From: an uncultured delta proteobacterium
GTDB lineage: Bacteria > Myxococcota_A > Polyangia > Fen-1088
Length of the DNA: 64,000 nt
Direction of reading: 5' to 3'
NCBI GenBank assembly: GCA_963767925.1
Contig: CAVYGB010000002.1
Location: 1,504,001 to 1,568,000, forward strand
The translations under genes were made by a program, and so were the position numbers. How positions within the stretch are numbered: position 1 is the first letter of the stretch; the number at the start of each line of letters is the position of its first letter. Shown here piece after piece: positions 20,361 through 29,979 of this stretch. The notes under the pieces were generated by a model. The model was given only the letters and a program-made list of their open reading frames with translations. It was not told where the DNA came from and did not search any database.

Positions 20361-20720
20361 GCCATCGGCCAACAGCCATCGGCCATCAGCCCATCGGCCA
20401 TCGGCCATCAGCTCGGCCATCGGCCATCGGCCATCAGCCCATCGGCCATCGGCCATCAGCCCATCGGCCATCGGCCATCGGCCATCGGCTATCGGCCATC
20501 GGCCATCAGCCCATCGGCCATCGGCCATCGGCCATCGGCCATCGGCCATCAGCCCATCAGCCCATCGGCCATCGGCCATCAGCCCATCGGCCATCGGCCA
20601 TCGGCCATCGGCCATCGGCCATCGGCCCATCAGCCCATCAGCCCATCAGCCCATCAGCCCATCAGCCCATCAGCCCATCAGGCCCATCAGCCCATCAGGC
20701 CCATCAGCCCATCAGGCCCA
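20361..20720. repeat. Heptamer array (GCCATCG/GCCATCA/CCCATCA), ~360 bp
   Basis: Read directly; runs straight into REP-A at 20721. Confidence 0.95.
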
Positions 20721-20850
20721 TCACCTCTCCCCGCGGTCTGCCGAGGGGAGAGGTCGGCGCGTCTGCGCGCCGGGTGAGGGGCCTCCGGCGTGGCAACCTC
20801 CCCTCACCCTCACCCTCTCCCCACGGAGGACCGCGGGGAGAGGGCAAACA
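20721..20850. repeat. REP-like family A (copy 2)
   Basis: Near-identical to 5257-5392. Confidence 0.9.
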
Positions 20851-21045
20851 GGCAGTGGGGTGACCGAAGCGGGTCCACGAGGGTTCCGACTGCCGGCGTG
20901 ACCTGGTTCCGGACGCGCTGCCAGCGTCGGGCCGCGGGTGCGATTCCGTCCGACAGCGGCGGGGGGCCCGCCATTCGCGGGTAACCCAGCGGCTGGCCAC
21001 GCGGGGGTGGCGCTCCTGGTCCAGGTCGGTCAACGTCTGGGGCTC

Positions 21046-22986
21046 GTGACTCCGGATCCCCGCGACAAGTCTCCCCTTCCCGCCTCGTCCGAGGCCACGC
21101 CGACCAGCCCTTCTGCGTCCGCGCCGCCTCCAAGCGCGGCGAACCCTGCTTCCACCAACGGCAACCCTGCCGCCGGGGTGGGGGGGGTGCCGGTGTTGCC
21201 GGATTTGCCGACGCGGCCGCCGCCGCCGCGGGTGTTCAAGTTGCCGTCGCGGCTTTCGGTGAAGCGGCTGGTGGCGCTGGCCAGGCCGGAGTGGCCGCGG
21301 CTGGCGCTGGGTACGTTTTTCTTGCTCATCGGTAGCGCGGCCAGCCTGGTCTACCCGCAGGGGATCCGGGTGGTGATCGATGGGGCGCTCAACGGGACCA
21401 GCACGGCGACCATCGACCGGGTGGCGCTCGGCATGGCGGCGGTGTCGCTGGTGTTCGGCGTGTCGATCGCCCTGCGCTTCGTGCTGTTCACGGTGGCGGG
21501 CGAGCGGGTCGTGTCGCGCCTGCGCGAGCAGCTCTATCGATCGATCATCGACCAGGAGATCGGCTTCTTCGATGCCCGCCGCACCGGGGAGCTGACCAGC
21601 CGCCTCTCGGGCGACACCGGCGTCCTGCAGAGCGCGGTCAGCGTGAACGTGTCGATGGCCCTGCGCAGCGGGGCCCAGGCGGCCGGCGGCGTGGCGCTGC
21701 TATTTTACACCTCGCCGGTGCTCACCGCGCTGATGCTCTCGGTGGTCCCCGCGGTCGCCATGGGGGCGGTGTTCTACGGTCGGCGGGTGCGCCGCCTCGC
21801 CCGCGACGTGCAGGACGCCCTCGCGGTGGCCGGCGAGATCGCCGAGGAGAGCATCGCCAGCGTGCGCACCGTCCGCTCCTTCGCCGCCGAGGAGATCGAG
21901 AGCCGGCGCTACGGCGCGGCCATCGCCCGCGCCCTGGGACTGGCCAAGCGCCGCATCCACGCCGGCGCGGCCTTCATGTCGGTGGCCTCCTTCGCCAGCT
22001 ACGCCGCCGCCGTGCTGGTGTTCTGGTACGGCGGCCGCCTGGTCGTGCAGGGGCAGATGACGGTCGGCGCGCTGACCTCCTTCCTCGTCTACACCCTGAT
22101 CGTCGCCTTCGCCCTCGGTGGCCTGGCCGACCTGTGGGCCGACTTCATGCGCGCCACCGGCGCCGCCGAGCGGGTGTTCGAGCTGATCGACCGGGAGCCC
22201 GCCATCGCCCCCCGCGGCGGCGCGATCCTCCCCGGCACCCCCGTCGGCAAGGTCGAGCTGGCGAAGGTCCGCTTCGCCTACCCCACCCGCCCCGACGTCG
22301 GCGTGCTCGAGGGCCTCGACCTGCTGCTGGCCCCCGGGCAGGTGGTGGCGGTGGTGGGCCCCTCCGGCGCCGGCAAGTCGACCATCGCCGGCCTCATCGC
22401 CCGCTTCTACGATCCGCAAGAGGGCCAGGTCCGCTTCGACGACCACGACGTGCGCACCCTCGACCCCCACTGGCTGCGCCGCCAGATCGGCACCGTGGCC
22501 CAGGAGCCGGTGCTCTTCTCCACCTCGATCTCCGAGAACATCCGCTACGGCCGCCCCGAGGCCACCGCCGCCGAGATCGAGGTCGCCAGCCGGGCCGCCA
22601 ACGTGCACGGCTTCGTCACCGCCTTGCCCCAGGGCTACGACACCCAGGTCGGCGAGCGCGGCATCCAGCTCTCCGGCGGCCAGAAGCAACGGGTGGCCAT
22701 CGCCCGCGCCGTCCTCAAGGACCCCCGCCTGCTGATCCTCGACGAGGCCACCAGCGCCCTCGACGCCGAGAGCGAGCACCTGGTCAAGGAGGCCCTCGAC
22801 CGCCTCATGTCCGGCCGCACCACGCTGATCATCGCCCACCGCCTGTCGACCGTGATGGGCGCCGACCGCGTCGTCGTCCTCGACGGCGGCAAGATCGTCC
22901 AGACCGGCCCCCACGCCCGCCTCATCAAAGAAGAAGGCCTCTACCGCCGCCTGGTCGAACGCCAGTTCGCCCGCGACGTCGCCTGA
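21046..22986 (+). CDS. ABC exporter permease/ATP-binding protein (ABCB/MsbA-like)
   Basis: [25 protein letters not shown]; start codon uncertain. Confidence 0.9.
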   Translation: MTPDPRDKSPLPASSEATPTSPSASAPPPSAANPASTNGNPAAGVGGVPVLPDLPTRPPPPRVFKLPSRLSVKRLVALARPEWPRLALGTFFLLIGSAASLVYPQGIRVVIDGALNGTSTATIDRVALGMAAVSLVFGVSIALRFVLFTVAGERVVSRLREQLYRSIIDQEIGFFDARRTGELTSRLSGDTGVLQSAVSVNVSMALRSGAQAAGGVALLFYTSPVLTALMLSVVPAVAMGAVFYGRRVRRLARDVQDALAVAGEIAEESIASVRTVRSFAAEEIESRRYGAAIARALGLAKRRIHAGAAFMSVASFASYAAAVLVFWYGGRLVVQGQMTVGALTSFLVYTLIVAFALGGLADLWADFMRATGAAERVFELIDREPAIAPRGGAILPGTPVGKVELAKVRFAYPTRPDVGVLEGLDLLLAPGQVVAVVGPSGAGKSTIAGLIARFYDPQEGQVRFDDHDVRTLDPHWLRRQIGTVAQEPVLFSTSISENIRYGRPEATAAEIEVASRAANVHGFVTALPQGYDTQVGERGIQLSGGQKQRVAIARAVLKDPRLLILDEATSALDAESEHLVKEALDRLMSGRTTLIIAHRLSTVMGADRVVVLDGGKIVQTGPHARLIKEEGLYRRLVERQFARDVA

Positions 22987-23283
22987 CCCGCGCCCCCGGC
23001 GCCCGATAGAGGTAGCGCCCGCCCCGAGAGAGGACCCGCCCAGCGAGGTCCCGCTCACAGCGGAGAAGAGGCGCGCCAGAGCGCACGGCCGCTCGGTTGC
23101 TTCCCCTGCTATGGAAATCGGGCCGTAACCGCCCGAGATCAATCTCGGCGGTCCCGAGCGCGATGGCGCAGTCGATCCGGTCCGATCCGCTACAAGCACC
23201 CAGCGAGGTTCCCGTCCGGCACGGGAACAGATGAAGGCCTCCAGCCACAAAGGCCGAACACGTCGGGCAAGCCCGTTCGCAGC

Positions 23284-23530
23284 GGAGAAAATGTGGGCCA
23301 CCCCGGGGCGCGGGGAGGGGGGATGTCTCTGGCGGGGGCGTGGAGCGCCTGCACCGCCGTCTGCGGCGGTTGCCAAGGCGCGAGTCGAGGCCGCGCGCCC
23401 CCGCCAGGCCCCCCACGATCTCCCAGCGCCAGCCCCCGCCGCAGGCCCGTGAGGTTCCCCCCGCCCGCGCGTGAGCGGCCGTCCCCCGCCAGGGACATCC
23501 CCCCCTCCCCGCGCCCCCCCCCCGCCGGAA
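23284..23530. repeat. ~245-bp MITE/REPIN-like element, copy 2 (inverted)
   Basis: Reverse complement matches 18973-19216. Confidence 0.85.
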
Positions 23531-23557
23531 AGCACGGAGCGCCCCCAACCCCCGCCC

Positions 23558-25968
23558 TCAGATTCTGCATGCCGACCACGAAGCCGGGGAACATCCGCAC
23601 CTGCTCCGAGCCCGCGTCGATGTTCCACTCGAGCTGGCCCAGCCCGGGCCGGTCGGTCTCGCCCCGGTCGGAGACGTGCACGTTGAACGTGGGCCCCCCG
23701 AACACCGCCAGGTGCCGCTGGATTCTGGTACCCCACCATCAGGCGGGCGGTGTTGATGCCGCTCGAGCTCCAGCGCTGGGTCGTCCCGGTCGAGGCGGTC
23801 CCCAGGTCGAAGTCGACGAACAGCCGCTCGCCCTGGGGCAGCAGGTGCACGCCGATCGCCCCCTGGGCGTTCATCCGGGTGCGGTCGTCCTCGGTGCGCC
23901 CCACCCCGAAGCCGAGCTGGGTGTACACCCAGCGCCCGCCCAGCTTGAAGCCGATGTTGGCCGGCGACAGGTCGCTGGCCCACACCTGCAGCCCGTAGTA
24001 GCCGTCGCGGATGAAGTTGAGGACCCCGATCGGCGCCGCGCTCGAGTTGGCCACGTTGATCACGCCGATCTGCGTGCCGTCGACCCGGTCGGCGATGTTG
24101 ATCACCCCGATCTGGGCTCCCGAGACCGCCCCGCCCACGTTGAGCACGCCCACCTGCAACCCCTGCAGCCCCCCGCGGGCGAAGCTGCCCACGCCCACCT
24201 GCAGGCCGCGCAGCCCGCGGTTGTAGGCGGCCACGCCCACCTGCAGCCCCTCGACCTTGCCGTTCACCCAGCCGGCGGTCGCCACCTGGAACCCGCGCAG
24301 GTTGCCGCCGATCGCGCTCGCCACGCCCACCTGGGCGCCCCGGGCGTTGCCCGCGACGTAATCGATGAGGCCGACCTGCAGCCCCCACAGGTCCCCCCCG
24401 ACGACGTTGGCGAAGGCGCCCACCTGCAGCCCGTGCATGGAGCGGTCGACCCGGTTGGCCCCGGCCGCCACCTGCAGCCCGTGCATGTCCCCGCCCACCC
24501 CGTTGTAGCCGGCGCCCACCTGCAGGCCCCACATCTGCCCCTCGACCGTGTTGGCCCCGGCGGCGACCTGCAGCCCGTGGCCGTCTTCACCAACCCGGTT
24601 GGCCCCCACCGTGATCTGCATGCCGTGCATGCCGTGCTCGACCGTGTTGGCGGCCAGCGACAGGTGCATCCCGTGCAGGGCGTGCGAGTGCCCCACCACC
24701 CCCAGCACGAAGTTGTTGAGCACCAGCTCGTTGGCCCGCCCGCCCGTGCGCAGCGGCGGCCCCAGCATCAGCTCGAAGGGGACGTGGTGGTAATTCCGCG
24801 GCGCGATCGAGGCGGCCGCCAGGTCGGCGCTGCCCGGCGCCCCCGGCGGCACCGCCGGCCCCCCGCGGGTGGCGGCGACGAGCGGCGTCGTCGCGCTGAA
24901 CTGCGCGCGGGTCAGGCGGGCGGTCTTGCCGTTCTCCAGCGTCACCGCCGCCTCGAACGGGCGCCCGTCGGCGTCGAGGAACACCCGGTACCTGCCCGGC
25001 CCCAGGCCCAGCTCCACCGGATAAAGCGGCTCCTTGCGCAGCTCCACCAGCAACCGGCCGCTGGCGTCGCGCACGTAGATGCGCCCCGCCACCGTCTCGT
25101 CGATCAGCAGCCCGGCCCCGGTCGCCCGCAGGTCGGTCATCACCAGCAGATCGCCGGTCCCGGCCATCTGGATGTCGTAGTTGGCGTGCTGGGGCCCGCT
25201 CACCGTGCGCTCGGTGCGGAGCAGCGTCTCCTGGTAGGCGAACTGGTACGCCTCTCCGAGGGTGACCCGCCCGTCCCGGCTGGTGTCGGCGGCGCCGCGC
25301 AGGCCCGACAACAAATAGTGGGTGAAGAAGGCGCCCCCGACCCGGTCCGACTCCTGGGCCGCCTCGTCGGCCGCGCTGGCCGTGAGGAAGGCGTGCCCCC
25401 GCGCCGCGATCGAGGCGTCGTTGAGGAACGAGGCCCGGCGCGTGCCGCCCCGCTTGCGGATCAGCGCCCCCGAGGCGCACGAGTCGAGGATGGCGATGCG
25501 CACGTCCGCGTCCGCCTCGTTGATCCAGCGGCGCAGCTCCTCGTATTCGACCTGCTCGCGCCCGAGCAGCAGCCCCTCCTCGTTCGAGTGGCCCGAGTAA
25601 TAGATGAAGAGCTCGCGCCGGGCGTTGCCCCCCGCCGCCCCCGCCAGGGCCTCCTTCATGCGGGCGAACCCCTGCTCGAGCGAGGCCCGGGTGACCGCGG
25701 GCAGGACCACGGTGTCCTCACCCTGCAGGCCCCCCAGGCTGCGCAGCACCTCCGACACCGCCCGGGCGTCCGAGTCGGCGTAGCGCAGGCGCGGCCGCCC
25801 CGGCCCCCCGTCGTTGGTCGATGCGATGAGGGCGAACCGCCGCAGCGACGGGCCCCCCTCGGCCGGCGTCTGGGCGGCCCGGGCCCCGCCGGTCGCCAGG
25901 ACGAGCAGCAGCGCCAAGGCGGCGGTGGAGAGCGGAGCGGTGCGTGGCCGGAAAGAGCGGGTCGGCAT
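23558..25968 (-). CDS. Exported caspase-family (peptidase C14) protein with GLQVG-type beta repeats; two apparent +1 frameshifts near the 3' end
   Basis: Signal peptide; His-Cys dyad YYSGHS and LDSCASG; removing one A at ~23723 and one at ~23563 gives ...YQIQRHLAVFGGP...GMQI*. Confidence 0.8.
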
Positions 25969-25998
25969 GGTGGTCCTTCCTATCCCTGTCTCCCTGGT

Positions 25999-26025
25999 AA
26001 CACCGGGGACCGGGAAACCTGTCAC
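25999..26025 (-). promoter_or_regulatory. Putative ECF-type promoter GTGACA-N14-CGGTGTT upstream of the caspase gene
   Basis: Same motif and spacing at 26663-26689. Confidence 0.6.
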
Positions 26026-26067
26026 CGGCTGGCTCCGGCGGCCGGACGACGCACGCCCCCCGGGGAT

Positions 26068-26643
26068 TCGTTTCTGCAGGACGATCTCTCGCACGTCCAG
26101 CTCCCGGGGTAACCATCCGTGGCGCAAGGCTTCAACCACAACCTCGGTAGAGAAGGGGACGTCCCCGGTCACGAACACGAACCGCTCGAACCCCGGGGTG
26201 TCGTCGAGCTCCAGCGCCGACGGCACCGGGTGGGGCCCCTGCCCGTCGAGCGGCGCCGCCTGCCCCGGCGCCTCGGGCAGGTGCAAGGTCACCTGCCCCC
26301 GCGCGTCCACCGAGGCCACCACGCCGAAGCGCCGCCCCGCCGAGACGTAGGCCAGCTGGACCACCTCCCCCGGCCGGACCGCGCTGTGAGAGGGCAGCGG
26401 CCGCAAGGGCGCGTCCCCCTTGCGGTAGATCGCCAGCCGGGGGGCGCCGCCGCGCGCGGCCGCCAGCTCGTCGTCACTGTCGCGCTGGCGCTTGTCGCGC
26501 CGGTCGCGCTGGCGCTTGTCGTGCTGGTCGCCGGCCTCCCGGCGCGCGATGCCCGCCGCCAGCGCCGCCGCGCCCAGCACGGCGACCGCCGGCACCACCC
26601 GGATGAGCGCCTGGCGGCGCGTGCGCGGCGAACCCGTCGACAT
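26068..26643 (-). CDS. ActD-like membrane-anchored protein; no stop codon (CGA at 26068-26070), so in frame with the caspase gene
   Basis: GEVVQLAY..AG..FGVVASVDARG.VTLHLP...LELDDTPGFERFVFVT; end placed at the likely mutated stop. Confidence 0.65.
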
Positions 26644-26662
26644 GACCCGTCTCTGAAGAAAA

Positions 26663-26689
26663 AACACCGGGCCGGAGAAAAGGTGTCAC
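26663..26689 (-). promoter_or_regulatory. Putative ECF-type promoter GTGACA-N14-CGGTGTT upstream of the ActD-like gene
   Basis: Duplicate of the motif at 25999-26025. Confidence 0.6.
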
Positions 26690-26842
26690 TCTGCCGAGCC
26701 CGCCCGCCTCCGCCCCGGCTCCCGGCCGCAGCCCGCGCGGCGCGACCGGCGCCCAAGCTCCCGGGACCCGACGCGTTTTGGGTCCAACTCCACGTCCGGG
26801 TGGGAAGGGCGCCTACCGTAGCTCCATGTTAACCTCGGGCCC

Positions 26843-27697
26843 GTGCCCCTGGTGTCGGTGCTCTGGGTCAGCGCGCTTGGCATCACCGTCGAAGGCAATA
26901 CCAAATGCCCGGAGCCCGGTGAGGTCTCCGCGCGCCTGGAGATCGTCGCGCCGGCCGCCAGCCGCACTCCGGGCAGGGCCGTCTTGATGGAGAGCGAGGG
27001 CTCGCTGCGCGTGCAGCTCCTCCGCCCCAACGGCACCGTTGTTGGCGAGCGGCTGCTCGACACCCGCTACCCGTGCCCCGATCTCGCGGACGCCGCGGCC
27101 CTCGTGCTGGCGAGCTGGCAGGGCGAGTTCGACGCCTCCCCGGTGGAGGCGCCCGCCCTCGAGGCCGCCGGCCGCCCCCTGCCGTCGCCCACCGGCCTCG
27201 CGCCGGAGCTCGGCATCGGCCTGGTCGCCGCCGGTCCCCGCCCGCTGTCGGCCGGCGGGTCGCTGTCGTTCGGGCTCAGCCGGGGTGTCTGGGGCCTCGG
27301 CGTCCGGCTCACCGCCGTCGACTTTCACCGCCAGCCCATCGGCGTCGGAGAAATTAGCTGGAACCGTTCTCCCGTCGCCCTCACCGTGCGGCGCCGGTTC
27401 AAGACCTCGAAGGGCCTCGTCTTCGGGCTCGACGCCGGCATCGCCGCCGCCGTCCTCTTCTCGCGCAGCCAGCGGCTGGAATCGAACCACGCCACCTGGA
27501 CCACCGACTTCGGCCCGACCGCCGGGGTCCAGTTCCTCTTCGACACGGGCGGACCGATCTTGCCGTTTTTGGGTATATCTACCGCCGCCTGGATCCAGCC
27601 CCGCCTGATCCAGGTCACCCCAACCGACACCCGCACCTTGCCTCAGGTGGACTCCTGGCTGGTGCTGGGGCTCTCCTGGCGGCTCGATGCATCCTGA
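26843..27697 (+). CDS. Hypothetical exported protein with a beta-rich C-terminus, first gene of the ECF operon
   Basis: CPEP and CPDLADAAALVLASW; alternating beta strands; directly precedes the sigma gene. Confidence 0.6.
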   Translation: MPLVSVLWVSALGITVEGNTKCPEPGEVSARLEIVAPAASRTPGRAVLMESEGSLRVQLLRPNGTVVGERLLDTRYPCPDLADAAALVLASWQGEFDASPVEAPALEAAGRPLPSPTGLAPELGIGLVAAGPRPLSAGGSLSFGLSRGVWGLGVRLTAVDFHRQPIGVGEISWNRSPVALTVRRRFKTSKGLVFGLDAGIAAAVLFSRSQRLESNHATWTTDFGPTAGVQFLFDTGGPILPFLGISTAAWIQPRLIQVTPTDTRTLPQVDSWLVLGLSWRLDAS

Positions 27698-27751
27698 GTG
27701 CAAGGTTTCTGGCAGGCAACGGCACAGACGTGCCAGCCCGTGCGTGCCGAG

Positions 27752-28336
27752 ATGAAAAGATGGAGCGAAGACCAGCCGGAGGGCGTGGTGCCCCCGCTGG
27801 AAGTCGGCGCGCTCTACCGCCAGCACGGCGCGCAGGTGGCGTCCTGGGCCGCCCGCCTGATGGGCCCCGGCACCGACGTGGAAGACGTGGTGCAGGAGGT
27901 CTTCCTGGTGGTGCAGCGCCGCCTGCCGGGCTTCCGCGGCGAGGCCAAGGTGACGACCTGGCTGTACGAGATCACGTTCCGGGTGGCCCAGGGCTGGCGG
28001 CGCCGGCGGCGCTTCCGCTCGTGGCTGGGGCTCGATCAGGCCGATCCCGCCGGGGACCTCGTGTCGGAGCGGGCCAACCCCTTGCAGGAGCTGGAGGTCC
28101 GGCAGGCCACCGAGACGGTATACGCCGTGCTGGACCGGTTGCGCGAGCGCGACCGCACCATCCTGGTCCTCTTCGAGATCGAGAAACTATCCGGGGAGGA
28201 GATCGCTGCCCTCGAGCGCACCTCTCTCAATAACGTATGGTCCCGAATCCACCGTGCGCGGGCCCGCTTCCTCCGCGCATACGGTCTGCTCGAAGGGGAG
28301 CGCCGACGTTCGCAGAAGTTGAGGACGGCGCCATGA
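27752..28336 (+). CDS. ECF sigma-70 factor
   Basis: DVEDVVQEVF, F.GEAKVTTWLY, LSGEEIA, VWSRIHRAR. Confidence 0.9.
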   Translation: MKRWSEDQPEGVVPPLEVGALYRQHGAQVASWAARLMGPGTDVEDVVQEVFLVVQRRLPGFRGEAKVTTWLYEITFRVAQGWRRRRRFRSWLGLDQADPAGDLVSERANPLQELEVRQATETVYAVLDRLRERDRTILVLFEIEKLSGEEIAALERTSLNNVWSRIHRARARFLRAYGLLEGERRRSQKLRTAP

Positions 28337-29511
28337 GCGATCAAGAACGCCTCCGCCCCTGGGCGGAGAGAGAGAGACCGGTGGGCTTCGGCCTGCAGCA
28401 AGAGGACGAGGCGGCGGCGCTGTTCCGGCGGGTGGACGTGGCGGTGCGCTTCGACCCGCAGCGGGTGGCGCTGGCGGTGCTGGCCCGGCGCTCGGCCGGG
28501 AGCACGGTCCGCATGCGCTTTGCCGTGGTGGGCGCGGCGGCGGCGGTGCTGCTCGGCAGCGCGGGCGCCATCGCGGCGGTCCGGCGCATGCCCAGGCTCG
28601 GCCTGTGGCTGCTGACCGTATCGTCCTCGCATCCGCCGCGGGCCCGGTCGGAGGACCTGCCCCCGCCCGAGCGGGCCCTGCCGCCCGCGCCGCCCGAGTC
28701 GATGCCGGCCATCGTGGTCGAGCCGCCCCCGGTCGCGCCGGTGCTGGCCAGCGAGACACCCGCCCGCCGCCACGCCGGCGTCCACAAGCGGACCCGCCGC
28801 CTGGCGATGCACCGGCAGCCGGGCAGCGCCCGCGCCAGTCGCGCGCTCGAGGCGGTCGCCGAGCCGCCGGACGTCGAGACCTTCGCCCTGGCGCCCGCCG
28901 CCGGGACCGGCGCGCCCGCGACGCCGGATCTCTCGGCGCTGGGCTTGCTGGGCCTGCCGCCGGCATCGCCCGGGACCGGATCGGAGCCGGCCGCGACCGC
29001 GCCGGCCGCCGCGCCCGAGTCGCAGCTCGCCCGGGAGACCCGCCTGCTCAACCAGGCGTATTCGCAGCTTCGCAGCGACGACGACCCTGCCGCCGCGCTC
29101 GACTCGCTCGACGAGTACCTCAACGTTCATCCGCTGGGCCTCCTGCGCAAGGAGGCGAGCAGCGCCCGGGTCGAGGCGCTGATCAAGCTGCGGCGCCGGA
29201 ACGACGCGCTGGCGGTCCTGCGCAGCTTCCCCTTCGGAGAGGGGGCGCGCGACGCCGAGCTGCGGGTCCTGCGCGGCGAGCTCACGGCGGCCCACGACTG
29301 CGAGAGCGCGATCCGGGACTTCGTGGCGGTGTCGGACAAGGTGGCACCCCCTCCGATCCTCGACCGGGCGCTGTATGGCCGGGCCGCCTGTGAGGCACGT
29401 CTCGGTCAGCGGGCGCAGGCAGCGGCCAGCTTTCGCGCCTACCTGCGCCAGTTCCCCGACGGAAATTTTGCGGCCGAAGCGAAACGCCAGGTCGGAGAAA
29501 CCGCAAAATAA
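28333..29511 (+). CDS. Anti-sigma-like protein: one TM segment, Pro-rich linker, C-terminal TPR-like helices
   Basis: ATGA overlap with sigma; QLARETRLL...YL..HPLG.L..EA...YLRQFPDG. Confidence 0.7.
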   Translation: MSDQERLRPWAERERPVGFGLQQEDEAAALFRRVDVAVRFDPQRVALAVLARRSAGSTVRMRFAVVGAAAAVLLGSAGAIAAVRRMPRLGLWLLTVSSSHPPRARSEDLPPPERALPPAPPESMPAIVVEPPPVAPVLASETPARRHAGVHKRTRRLAMHRQPGSARASRALEAVAEPPDVETFALAPAAGTGAPATPDLSALGLLGLPPASPGTGSEPAATAPAAAPESQLARETRLLNQAYSQLRSDDDPAAALDSLDEYLNVHPLGLLRKEASSARVEALIKLRRRNDALAVLRSFPFGEGARDAELRVLRGELTAAHDCESAIRDFVAVSDKVAPPPILDRALYGRAACEARLGQRAQAAASFRAYLRQFPDGNFAAEAKRQVGETAK

Positions 29512-29979
29512 ACTGCAAGGTCACTCCGGGCTGGGAGCACGAATCAGCACGGAGGGGCCTCATGAAACATTGGTTCCGGGATACGCCGCCCTAGGGTCAT
29601 GGTTGGGCGGGTTCCTGGAACCGACTCGGAGGGATTGGATCGGAAACCGGCGCCGGGGTTGCCACAGTACCAGCCTCGGATGCGGTGCAGGTGGTGAGCT
29701 TAACCCGGGAGGTGAGCATCACCACCTGCGCCGCCCGCCGGGGGCTTTCCGGTCCAATCCCTCGAGGTCTCTCCCCCACTTTTTGCGTGCCTGTCGCTTC
29801 CCTCGTTTCGACGAGGTGACTGACCTTCTTCCAGCGCGGGCCGCCTCCTCGTCTGCTTCGACGTGATTGACGCCCCACCACTCGGGGGTTCCAGGGCCTG
29901 CTGGCCGGACGGCGTCACCGTCGCGGACGAGGGTTTTCCCCGGGCCGTAGGGCGTATCCAGGTCGGATAAGATGCCGGT

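Noticed and set aside
19584..20630. MADGRWP-repeat protein
   Set aside because: Translation of the heptamer DNA array, antisense to the PhyH gene
21700..26667. 1655-aa ORF as one giant protein
   Set aside because: Composite of the ActD-like gene, the caspase gene, a frameshifted tail and the antisense of the ABC gene
29562..29868. Possible gene after the ECF operon (GGAGG then ATG)
   Set aside because: The frame closes after 10 codons and other frames show no recognisable product
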